Positions 21,181 through 30,658 of a stretch of 64,000 bases of DNA are shown piece after piece. Origin of the DNA: Rebecca billardiae RCC1528 (taxonomy: Eukaryota > Protista > Haptophyta). Made by a program: the position numbers and the translations under genes. Position 1 is the first letter of the stretch, and each line of letters starts with the position of its first letter. The notes beneath the pieces are model-generated. The model worked only from the letters and a program-made list of their open reading frames with translations, was not told the DNA's origin and made no database searches. The stretch covers positions 496,001 to 560,000 of the forward strand of contig OZ251225.1 in the NCBI GenBank assembly GCA_965240325.2, read 5' to 3'.

Positions 21181-22773
21181 ATGGGCGCTGCAGCCCCGAC
21201 GACCTGCATCGCGCTCGCGCTCGCGCTCGCGCTCGCGCTCCAGCCGCCTGGCGTCAGCGCGTGGTCGGCGCCTCGGCCGGCTGCGGCGCGCGCGCGCCTG
21301 CACGCGCCGCTGCTCGACGGCGGCGCGCGCGCCACGCCGGTGCCGCCACTGCCGCCACGGCAGCACAGGCCGCGCGCATCGATCGTGGCGCTCGCGGAGG
21401 TAGCCGAGGCGCTCGGCCCCTTCCTGCCGTCGGATGCGCTCGCGGCCGCGGCCTCCCCGCTCTCGCTAACCGCGTGGGACCCGACCGGCCTCGTGCGCTG
21501 GGGCTGGTGGGCCATCATCGCATGGATGTTTGCCGCGCAGGCCAAGGTGTGCGACGAGTTCTTCGTGCCGGCGATCGAGGCGTGCTGCCGCAAGTTTGCG
21601 ATCCCCGAGGACGTCGCCGGCGCGACGCTGATGGCCTTCGGCTGCAACGGGCCCGAGCTCTTTGTGAACGCGATCTCGATCTTTGTGACGCACTCGGATG
21701 TCGGTGTCGGCACCATCGTCGGCTCGGAGATCTTCAACCTGCTGTGCATCGTCGGCGGCGCGGCGCTGGTGGCGCCGATCGAGCCGCTGCCCATCGAGCG
21801 CAGCTCCTTCACGCGCGACTCCCTCTTCTACGGCCTCGCCGCCGTGCTCCTCGGCGTGGTCGTGTACGACGGGCAGGTGACGCGCGCAGAGTCGCTCGCG
21901 CTCGTGGTGATGGCGGGGATCTACGCGCTCGCCGTCAAGGAGACGGACAGCGTGCTCCGCCGGCTAGGCGTGCAGCGCTGCGCGCCCGGCATGGCCGAGG
22001 CCGAGGCCGAGGCCGAGGCCGAGGCGGACGGCCCGACGCCCTCCGAGTACGCCGAGTGCCGTGTCGTGTGCGGCGTCGCTGTCACCGAGGAGGCGCTCGC
22101 GAGGACCGACTTTGTCTGCGCCGTCGACGCCGAGGCGGCGCGCGCTGAGTCGGGGGAGGAGGATGCGCCGTGGAAGGAGCCGCTGGAGCGCGCCGGGCGG
22201 CTGCTCGAGGCGAGCCTCGGCCCGTTCGGGGCGATGCTCGACGCGACCGTGCCCGACTGCAAGGATGCAACCGCCGAGACGGACGAGAAGTGGCTGCCCG
22301 CCTTTGCCATCTCGATGGGCTGGCTCGCGGTCTGCTCGCTTGCCGTGTGCGTCACCGCCGACCAGCTCACCGTCGACTTCGGGATTCCGAGCGCGGTGAT
22401 CGGGCTGACGGTCGCGGCGGCAGGCACCTCGTTCGCCAACCTCATGTCCTCGCTCATCGAGTCGCGCCGCGGGCGCACCGAGATGGCGGTGGCGAACGCG
22501 CTCGGCTCCAACATCCAGAACGTGTTCCTCGCGCTCGGCGTGCCTTGGGCGCTCTACCTGTGCCTCGTGTCGGAGGGCGGCGCGCCGCTCGCCATCAACG
22601 CCTCGGGCATTGGCGAGGGCGTCGCGATCATGCTGGGCACGCTCGGCGGCTTCGCAGCCCTCACGCTTGCCGGCAACTTCACGCTGAGCAAGGTCGTCGG
22701 CCGTGGCGCCATCGCAGCCTATGGCGCGTACTTGATCTTCACGTGCGCGCCGCTGCTCATGCAGCAGTCGTGA
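21181..22773 (+). CDS. Ca2+/cation antiporter, NCKX (SLC24)-like, with signal + transit peptide (probably plastid-targeted)
   Basis: alpha1 DVAGATLMAFGCNGPELF..VGVGTIVGSEIFN; alpha2 GLTVAAAGTSFAN..MAVANALGSNIQN; CDEFFVPAIE; presequence ALALALALAL..VSA-WSAP followed by an R/P/A-rich stretch. Confidence 0.9.
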   Translation: MGAAAPTTCIALALALALALQPPGVSAWSAPRPAAARARLHAPLLDGGARATPVPPLPPRQHRPRASIVALAEVAEALGPFLPSDALAAAASPLSLTAWDPTGLVRWGWWAIIAWMFAAQAKVCDEFFVPAIEACCRKFAIPEDVAGATLMAFGCNGPELFVNAISIFVTHSDVGVGTIVGSEIFNLLCIVGGAALVAPIEPLPIERSSFTRDSLFYGLAAVLLGVVVYDGQVTRAESLALVVMAGIYALAVKETDSVLRRLGVQRCAPGMAEAEAEAEAEADGPTPSEYAECRVVCGVAVTEEALARTDFVCAVDAEAARAESGEEDAPWKEPLERAGRLLEASLGPFGAMLDATVPDCKDATAETDEKWLPAFAISMGWLAVCSLAVCVTADQLTVDFGIPSAVIGLTVAAAGTSFANLMSSLIESRRGRTEMAVANALGSNIQNVFLALGVPWALYLCLVSEGGAPLAINASGIGEGVAIMLGTLGGFAALTLAGNFTLSKVVGRGAIAAYGAYLIFTCAPLLMQQS

Positions 22774-23325
22774 GCTGCTTGGCGCCTGGGCCGTCGGCGT
22801 CTTCGACGTCGCTGGGCGACGGGCGATGCTCGGGTGCCGCGCGCGTGCATACCAGCACGCGGCGTGGCGCATGCTCCCGGGCACCGCGCGTAGGGAGGGG
22901 GGTTGGGCGCTCGGACTCGGCGACATCGCATTGCCGCGGCTCCGCGGTGTCCGGCGGGCACGTTACTGTGCGAGTTGACGACTGACCCGGTCTTTCTGGT
23001 ACGTGTGCTGCCAAGAACTGCTCGAGTACACGTGGGCCCGAGGCGGCACGGCCGCACGGCACCGGTCCGACTCGGCGACCGTGGCACTCCGGGAACAGTT
23101 CAACATGATGGGTACCTGTTTCAGTAGCCGCGTAGTTATCCGGTACTGATCAGCTGGGTCCCGGCCCCGGGGCTCGGCTCCGCGGGCGACACCTCCATCC
23201 GCGGGCCGACCGGGTCCGGGGTAGACTTACCGTAAGCTGTGCTGTGCTGCGTCTCTGATTCTGCTACGGGCTGAATCTGGAGTCGGCAGATAGACGGCAA
23301 ATCGCCGCCGGGTCTTGGGAAAGCG

Positions 23326-24495
23326 ATGGCGGACGAAGAAGCTCCCGCTGCGCACGCCTTCACTCGCGTAGTGCTCACGTCGCCCAAGGGCGCGGTGGTG
23401 TTCCTCGACCTGCTGCCGCAGCTCCAGCGCGAGCTTCGTGAGCAGCTGCGCGCTCCACCCGCTGCTGCGCAGCTGGACGCCCTGCTCTGCCCGCTCGCGG
23501 CCGCGATCGACGACGATGTGACCAGAGGCGACGGCTGTGTGATCCTGCGCGGCATGCCGGTCGAAGACGAGGAGGTGGCGATCGCGGCCACTCGTGCGCT
23601 CTCGTCCGTGATTGGGCATCCAGTCGTGCAGAGCGCCGACCTGGCGGAGACAGTCGGTCGCGTCGAGGCTGTGCGCACAGCCGGCATCAACACGCGGTAC
23701 CGAGGCTACCGCAACACGGATGTCCAGCAGCTGCACACAGACACGCCCGCGCCCAGCCTTGGGATCGATCGGGTGTTCATGCTGTGTGTGCGCGCCGCGC
23801 ACGAGGGGGGCGCGACGCGGCTTGCCAGTGCCGAGCGCGTCGTCTCGCGCCTCAGCCCGCCTGTGCGAGAGCTGTTGTCGGCGCCGGTACCATTTCTCTG
23901 CCGTGACGAGTGGGTGGACGCCTGGGACAACGGGCTTGGACGGCGCAACGCCGCGCCGCTGGTGGGCGCGGATGCGCGCGGGCGCGTGACGCTGGAGTAC
24001 GCCGTGATCCTGCGCAAGAATGTCGAGCACGCCGGCGCCGCGCCCCCCGGCTCACCGCTCGCGTCTGCACTCGACGAGGTGGTCGCGGTGGCAAACGACG
24101 AGAGCACCTTCTTCCGGATCAAGCTCGCCCCTGGCGAGGGCTTCATCGTGGACAATCGCCGTTGGCTGCACGCGCGAGATGCGTTCGACGACGGGCCTGG
24201 CGATGAGGGCCACGACGGGGACGAAGACGAGGCCACGCTCGACCACGCCACTCCGATGGATGGCTCACACGGATCCGGCCTGCGAGCGCGCACCCCAACG
24301 AGCCGACTGCTCCTGCGCGTGTGGATGCGCAGGCGCGTATCTGGAGTTGGCGGCGTCGCCAACTACTTTGCGCACATGGACTGCGACGATGATGGGAGCA
24401 GCTCCAACATCGTTACCGCTGCTCTCGCTGGAACCAGCAGTGGCGGTGACGCGACTACGGCGGCCGTTGCTGATGCCGATATGGCAACAGCCTGA
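23326..24495 (+). CDS. TauD/TfdA (clavaminate synthase-like) Fe(II)/2-oxoglutarate dioxygenase
   Basis: GCVILRGMP; LHTD (HxD); LCVRAAHEGGATRL; DNRRWLHARDAF (distal His); RLLLRVW. Confidence 0.9.
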   Translation: MADEEAPAAHAFTRVVLTSPKGAVVFLDLLPQLQRELREQLRAPPAAAQLDALLCPLAAAIDDDVTRGDGCVILRGMPVEDEEVAIAATRALSSVIGHPVVQSADLAETVGRVEAVRTAGINTRYRGYRNTDVQQLHTDTPAPSLGIDRVFMLCVRAAHEGGATRLASAERVVSRLSPPVRELLSAPVPFLCRDEWVDAWDNGLGRRNAAPLVGADARGRVTLEYAVILRKNVEHAGAAPPGSPLASALDEVVAVANDESTFFRIKLAPGEGFIVDNRRWLHARDAFDDGPGDEGHDGDEDEATLDHATPMDGSHGSGLRARTPTSRLLLRVWMRRRVSGVGGVANYFAHMDCDDDGSSSNIVTAALAGTSSGGDATTAAVADADMATA

Positions 24496-24713
24496 TGAAC
24501 AGCAGCGATGCGGGCACTGCCAGTGCCACTGCCAACTCTGCCAAGGGCAAGTGCCAGCATGCTGACGATGTGCTGACGATGTCGAGAAGATGATGAGTCT
24601 CAGCAGACGGCTCTAGCAGCTCGATCTCTCTCGTCGATCTATGTAGATATACATCGACTGAGTCGGCTGACGACGCGTCACCGTGATCGGTGCGCCTGAG
24701 CAAGGCGCGCCGA

Positions 24714-25709
24714 TCACGAACCGTGCCACTGCGTGCTTATGACAACGCCAGGTGGTGAATGTTGACTTCTCGTCCGCTCGTCAGACTGCTGCTGCAACCT
24801 CGTCGGTCTGCTACCCATAGGCTGGTTGCTGCTGCCATCGCCAAGCAGTGGCGGAGCCATCATCGCCTTCACGCGTGCGCACACCGCGAATGTGATCGCG
24901 TTCACCGGCGCCGCGCGCAGCAGGCACGTGCCAATCCCTCGCCAGAAGTAGGAGAGCCCGTGCTGCGCGTGGAGGGTGCCGACCACGCCGAGGAGCGAGC
25001 GCTCGGGGCCTCGTGCGCCGAGCGGCAGAGCCTGCACGCGCGACTTGACGGTGTCCAACGGATAGGCAACCAACCACGCCAGAACACCCGACGCCGCGCC
25101 GGCGATCAACGTGCCCGCGTCGCCGCGCAGCAGCGGAAGCCGCGCCTTGAGCTCTGTCTCGACGCGCTGGAAGGCGAGGAAGAACACGCCGTACTTGGGC
25201 GCCTCGCAGAGGAGTGTGGCCGCAAGCCCGCGGTACGCGCCGGCCAGGCCTTCGCGCTCGACGATGAGCCGCATGCAGTGCCATCCATCGCGGTAAATGC
25301 CCGCGGCCGAGCGCGCGCGGTCCACCTGCATCTGGCACTTCACGAGCTCGACTGGCACGGTCGTACTCGCGCTCAGCGCTCCGGCGTACGCACCCGAGAG
25401 GAAAGTGATTGCGTCCTGGTTGCGCACCCGGCCTTTAAGGAGCGCTCGGCCGTGTGCCTGGCCACCAAAGAGAAGTGCAGTCATGGCGAACCCGTTGAGG
25501 ACCGGCGGTGTGGCCCCGCGGTACAGGCCCCTCACGCCCTCCTCAACGACCGTCCTCCGAAGGCAATCGAGCGGGCCTGTGTACGCCTGGTGGTGCATCG
25601 TCTGCAGTCGTACCTTGACAAAGTCCAGAGGGTAGCCGAAAAACACGCCCGTCCCGCCGCCGATGCCGCCGGCGAGCAGCTCGGCACAGATCGACGCATC
25701 GGCGCTCAT
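24714..25709 (-). CDS. Mitochondrial carrier (SLC25; carnitine/basic amino-acid carrier group, SLC25A20/29/45-like)
   Basis: Three Px[DE]xx[KR] motifs (PLDFVKVRLQ, PVELVKCQMQ, PLDTVKSRVQ); EEGVRGLYRG; LLRAAPVNA; start MSADAS at 25709. Confidence 0.93.
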   Translation of the reverse strand: MSADASICAELLAGGIGGGTGVFFGYPLDFVKVRLQTMHHQAYTGPLDCLRRTVVEEGVRGLYRGATPPVLNGFAMTALLFGGQAHGRALLKGRVRNQDAITFLSGAYAGALSASTTVPVELVKCQMQVDRARSAAGIYRDGWHCMRLIVEREGLAGAYRGLAATLLCEAPKYGVFFLAFQRVETELKARLPLLRGDAGTLIAGAASGVLAWLVAYPLDTVKSRVQALPLGARGPERSLLGVVGTLHAQHGLSYFWRGIGTCLLRAAPVNAITFAVCARVKAMMAPPLLGDGSSNQPMGSRPTRLQQQSDERTRSQHSPPGVVISTQWHGS

Positions 25710-25822
25710 GCGGCGTCGAGGCGGGAAGGTAGCCCGCCAAGCGTCACGGACGCGGTCGGGCGCCACCGCCCGCTCAGATTCTCGCCGGCCTTCCGAGTTC
25801 GTCAAGTTTTCAAGAGTTGTGG

Positions 25823-26929
25823 CAAGGGAGTCAAGGGTGCCCGCGCCCCAGTGGCGCGCTCGCCGGATGTGAGGATACACCTTTTTGCCCGCGGCCTGCG
25901 GCGGGCGGCGGCGAGGGCGTGCTCCGCTGGCGGGGCGAGCGCACGGGGCACGGCGCTGCGGGCGCGGATGTGCCCGCGAAGCCGGCGCGTGCAGACGGGC
26001 TGTTGCGGGAGAGTATTCGGCGCCCTCCTGCGCCGCGCGACTTGCGCCACGCCTCTTTCGCCTCGGCCCAGAGCAGCGCGCACGCACGCGCCGCCTCAAG
26101 GCCAGCCTTGCCGCGCCGCAGCCGGCCGCGCGCGCGCCGTGCGCGGCGCGGTCGGGAAGGAACGGGCGCTGCTGCCGGGCGAGATGGCAAAGGCATATGC
26201 GCACGCCATGCCGCCCCGCGGCGCCTTGATGAGCGTGTCGTCGGTCTGTTTGCATGCCTCTTCGACTTGTCAAATGGTGTGCACGGCTGCGCGGTCGTGA
26301 CCCTTGTCGGGACGATCATTGAGACACAGAACAGTGCCAGACGGGCACGCGGGCTACTCTTACATGCATGTTCATCACCGCGTGTTCATGTAGAAGTGCT
26401 GGGTGCGACGCTTTCCTCGCGCTGATGCTCTTTCATCATCTTCTGCGAGCTCAGGTCTGGCTTCGTGCACGACAAGTGATCAGCACTCGTCAACAGCTGT
26501 GCGGATCCGTTCTCGTGCTCTTTCGCGGCGCCGCGGGGCGGCATGGCGTGCGCATATGCCTTTGCCATCTCGCCCGGCAGCAGCGCCCGTTCCTTCCCGA
26601 CCGCGCCGCGCACGGCGCGCGCGCGGCCGGCTGCGGCGCGGCAAGGCTGGCCTTGAGGCGGCGCGTGCGTGCGCGCTGCTCTGAGCCGAGGCGAAAGAGG
26701 CGTGGCGCAAGTCGCGCGGCGCAGGAGGGCGCCGAATACTCTCCCGCAACAGCCCGTCTGCACGCGCCGGCTTCGCGGGCACATCCGCGCCCGCAGCGCC
26801 GTGCCCCGTGCGCTCGCCCCGCCAGCGGAGCACGCCCTCGCCGCCGCCCGCCGCAGGCCGCGGGCAAAAAGGTGTATCCTCACATCCGGCGAGCGCGCCA
26901 CTGGGGCGCGGGCACCCTTGACTCCCTTG
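25823..26929. mobile_element. Foldback non-autonomous DNA transposon, 403-bp TIRs, 7-bp TSD (P-superfamily-like CAAGG termini)
   Basis: 25823-26225 is the reverse complement of 26527-26929 (one mismatch seen). GTTGTGG is duplicated at 25816-25822 and 26930-26936. Confidence 0.93.
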
Positions 26930-27028
26930 GTTGTGGCCGGGTGGTCGCCCCGGCCAGGCTGGGCTTCCTCGGCCGACGAAAGACCCCGGCCGACGGAACC
27001 CCCGCGACGCCCGCACTTCCTGGGTGAC

Positions 27029-28141
27029 ATGGCGCCGGCAACGCTTTCGGAAGAGCAGGCGGTGGAGGTGCGCAAGTGGCTGACCACGATCGGGTCCATG
27101 CTCCAGTCCAGTGCCTTCAAGGACTGGAACACCGCGTTCCTCGTGGAACACTGCGCGTCGTTTGAGGACGCCGATGAGAACAAGCTCGAGCACACCCAGC
27201 TGCACGCAAAGTACCAGGAGGAAGTCGAGAGCAAAATTTCCGCAGCCGTGCAGGGCACTGACGTGGACCTGGAGGCGCTCATGACGCGACTCCCCGCGTA
27301 CATGGAGCGCGCGAAGACTGACGAGGAGATGATGGACTCTGCCGTGCACGAGACCATCGACACGCTCACGTCGCTCTCCGACTTTGAGTCCTTCAAGGCA
27401 GCCATGCTGGTGACCAAGCGTGAGGGCAGTGGCACGGGCCTCGAGATGAAGTCGGGCAATTTCGACAGCGTCAGCGCGGACGAGCACGAAATGGCGCACC
27501 TCGTCGCGTTCGCACAGGCCATGGACGCCGAGACCGAGGGCTGGACTGAGCTCGTCAAGAAGCCGTGGATGGTCATGTCCAAGCGGCCGGCGCCACCGCC
27601 CTCGGAGAAGACCCACATCATCGCACGCTACGTCGTCGACTTTGATCTCGGCGTGGACGACGTGACGCGTGTCTTTGCCGACTACAGCGTGGCGCGCAAG
27701 GCCTGGGACGAGACCGTCGTCGCGAGCGAGGTGGTGCACACGTTCCCGGAGCCCGCGAGCGGAGGCAGCGACATCGTCCATCGCATCTCGTTCAAGGTGC
27801 CCTATCTGGTGCGCCTGACCGGCTGGCCCGATAAGATCGTCCTGCGCTGCATGTCCATGAAGGACCAGCCAAAGGTCGGGGAGTGGACCGTTGTCTGCTG
27901 CGCCTGGGACGAGGCCAAAAACGCCATGGATCCGGAGAACACGTTCTTCCAGACCGCCCTGGGGATCGTGCGCCCGAGCGCCGACGACCCGGCGCGCTCT
28001 CGGTACACGGGCCTGGAGAAGATGGGTATGGCGAAAGTGCCGAATTGGCTCATGAGCTGGATGGCTGGGGCGTTCGCGCCAAAGCTCATGATGGGATACG
28101 TCGACAAGTACAAGCGCAACGTCCTCGGCAAGAAGCCTTAG
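27029..28141 (+). CDS. BART (ARL2/3-binding) domain fused to START/SRPBCC-like lipid-binding domain
   Basis: FLVEHCASFEDADENKLEHTQLHAKYQEEVE..SLSDFESFKAAM (BART); EGWTELVKK..RKAWDETV..DIVH..MAKVPNWLMSW (START-like). Confidence 0.8.
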   Translation: MAPATLSEEQAVEVRKWLTTIGSMLQSSAFKDWNTAFLVEHCASFEDADENKLEHTQLHAKYQEEVESKISAAVQGTDVDLEALMTRLPAYMERAKTDEEMMDSAVHETIDTLTSLSDFESFKAAMLVTKREGSGTGLEMKSGNFDSVSADEHEMAHLVAFAQAMDAETEGWTELVKKPWMVMSKRPAPPPSEKTHIIARYVVDFDLGVDDVTRVFADYSVARKAWDETVVASEVVHTFPEPASGGSDIVHRISFKVPYLVRLTGWPDKIVLRCMSMKDQPKVGEWTVVCCAWDEAKNAMDPENTFFQTALGIVRPSADDPARSRYTGLEKMGMAKVPNWLMSWMAGAFAPKLMMGYVDKYKRNVLGKKP

Positions 28142-28437
28142 TCTGCGCGCTATAGTCTGCTAGGCCGCCGCGGACTAGACCGACGCCGGTTGTCGGGTTG
28201 ACGCGCGCGCCGACGTCGATGGGCCGTGGCTGGCTGCCGGGGCGCGACGGGGGGAAGCCTGCTAATGATGACTCTAAGGTCGACTGCTCCGGGCGGCGAT
28301 ATACTACGACGCTGCAGCAGTGAATCATCGCAGCTCCTGGCTTCGATTACAATAATAATAGCTTGGTTATTCAGGCGGACCAGGCCCGCCAGGCGGTCCG
28401 CCCGGCTCGCGGTGCCCAGGCCCAGCCCGCTCGTATA

Positions 28438-28610
28438 CTCATTCTATGATTTAACGACACAGGTAGGACGACGCGGGTCTCCTGATTCGTCGGCGGCAGT
28501 GCCCGATCGTCGACACGAAGTCTTAGTCGGCGTTGGTCGGGCAGAGCATAGCCTGCACCGCGATCGGATTGAATGGCGGGATTGCTTGAGCGCGGCCTTG
28601 AGCTGCTGGA
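28438..28610. repeat. Dispersed repeat copy 2
   Basis: Matches 18080-18231 with four short insertions (about 2-8 bp) and a few substitutions. Confidence 0.9.
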
Positions 28611-28627
28611 ACTGACCATAACGGATT

Positions 28628-29385
28628 ATTTATGGCCCGCGGTGCAGGGCGGAGCGCGCAGCGTGGAGCCCGCACCAGCGGGCCCGAACCACGTTTCAAA
28701 AAGATCTTTGATCAAGAAAAAAGGGACGGGGGGCGGCGGAAAAAAAGGGACGGGGGGCGATTTTTAGGGCTGGCGGAGACCGAGTTTCGAGTTTTTGAGA
28801 TCGCATTGAGAGGTCTATCAGGCCAAAAAAAACCGCGCCCAGCTGATTCCCTTAAGTAAAGTGCGATCTGGACGTCAGCTGGACGTGACATTAGTGTAAC
28901 GGTTCGTTACGAGCGAATCGTACTCGTCTTCCCGGATCGCGTGACGTCCGGACTGGGCCACATCCGGATCGTCGGAGGTGACGTGCCCCGGCACGATGGG
29001 CGATGGCGGATATGCGGGACGGCGCCTGCACGTGCCTCCGGACCCGCCTCCCGCTTGCTGCTCACGCAGTCAGCTGCGACCGTGGCGCATGATCGCAGAA
29101 GCAGTGCCGGCAGTACGGCCTGCATCAGCTAGTGCCGCGCCGTCGTGGCGCGCGCGGTACGGTTGCGCGTTTGCAGCGCTCGCAGCTCGGCGACGGCACG
29201 CGCGTGCGGCTCAGGTGTGTCAAATGCGGTCTCGTCGGCGCGCTTTCGCCTGCCACCTCGTGCACCCGTGCCGCCAGTTTCATCGTCTTCATGAGGACTG
29301 CTGCTGCTGTCGCCGCCATCGTCCGCCCAGTGGGGATGCGGGGGAATTTTTTTCATGCCGCGTTCACGGCTAGTGGGCCTGTTTT
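28628..29385. mobile_element. Possible Helentron/HINE-like non-autonomous element
   Basis: Starts TTATGGCCCGCGGTGC..GCACCAGCGGGCC (terminal hairpin), followed by a direct repeat AAAAAAGGGACGGGGGGCG x2, and ends near a short hairpin plus TAGTGGGCC. A degenerate copy of the start lies at ~15176. The right boundary is uncertain. Confidence 0.35.
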
Positions 29386-29459
29386 ATTTCTACCAGATTC
29401 CATTTACTATGTCACGGCGACAAACCCGTGCCCGCCAGTGGGAATCGGTGTCACGCCCC

Positions 29460-29601
29460 GTTGGATGTACCTCTCACGGCCGATGGCGGCCTCCACGTGG
29501 TGAGGAATGCGATTCGTGCACTCCTCGGTGACCGGTGAGTGCACGAATCCAGTTGCGGCGCTCGTCCGCCTCGTCGTCGTCGCACACGAGGTACATCCAA
29601 C
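29460..29601. repeat. Imperfect long inverted repeat / hairpin
   Basis: Concentric stems GTTGGATGTACCTC/GAGGTACATCCAAC (14 bp) and GATTCGTGCACTC/GAGTGCACGAATC (13 bp) share one centre at ~29530. Confidence 0.8.
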
Positions 29602-30658
29602 ACCATGGGTCGGATCGCAGAACTCTCCGCGCGCTCGCGCTCGCGCGGCGAGGCACTGGCAGGCTTGTTCTTCATCTTGGCCAAGGCTGCAGCCTGCCAG
29701 ATGCGCGAGAACGCGTGTGCATGCCTTTCCGCGCGTCATGAGTGCGCGTTGCACGCATCCTATCGTAGTCTACGCCGACGAGGCCTGAGCATCCACGTCA
29801 ACCAGCCTGCCACGATCACGTTCAAATGCAGGCGGCAAGCTGCATGCGAGCGGCACGCAACGGAAGCATCTCAAGCCCGACAAAGTAGTGGCGGAGGAGC
29901 TTGTAGAGCTGGTGGCGATTGCAGTCTATCTGTTCATCACCTGTTCAGAGTCGCCAACTGACACGGGCGCGACGTAGCCAAGGTAGAGTGCCTGCAGCTT
30001 GCAGCAAGCCCGCAGCTGCCACCTCGGCGACGATCGTCACACAACCGTGCGCCGCGACTGACCCCTGTGTCAGGGCGAAGCACCAGGAAAGGCTAAGCAG
30101 CATGCCATGGCAACATCTTTCGCTACAGGTCAGCGCGCTAGTACGAGAATGCGCCAACGACGTGCCATCAGTACTCCGCAATCGCGCCGGCACCGCACAT
30201 GCGGGCAAGCAGCCGCCATTTTGCCGCGTTTTGGCGGATGTCGCCGTTGGGCTCTCGTAGAATTAAAACAGGCCAGTGACGGTTCGCCGGCCGGCCGCCG
30301 GACTCGCCGCGGGCGCAGGCGCAGAGCCAGGCGCCCGGCAGCAGACCCGGGACGGATACTCGTAGTACTTGTGGTGAGTACTTAATCGTAAGCTGGCTGC
30401 TAGCAGACACCGATCACGCATGTGCGATGCTTTCAGTCTCAGACGAGTGGCGGCCTACTAGCCGGCGATCGACGCGGCAGCCAACTTTTCCGAGTGCCAC
30501 GGCAGTGATTGCCACATTTGCCTTTGATCGGTGAGAACTGCGGCTTCGCAGCCTCGCTTGAAGACGCTTCCCTCGCATGAATGCACAGCGCCTCCCTGCC
30601 GATGAATCCTCACCACGCTTTCTAATCTCTTGCAATGAGACTGGGCGGCGAAGCCATT

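Noticed and set aside
25710-27028. N-terminal extensions of the SLC25 and BART-START ORFs and mirrored ORFs on both strands
   Set aside because: They are translations of the foldback element arms
29474-29960. PH-like peptide YLVCDDDEADERRNWIRAL and other protein-like patches on the - strand
   Set aside because: No coherent exon chain or rest of a PH domain; overlaps the hairpin
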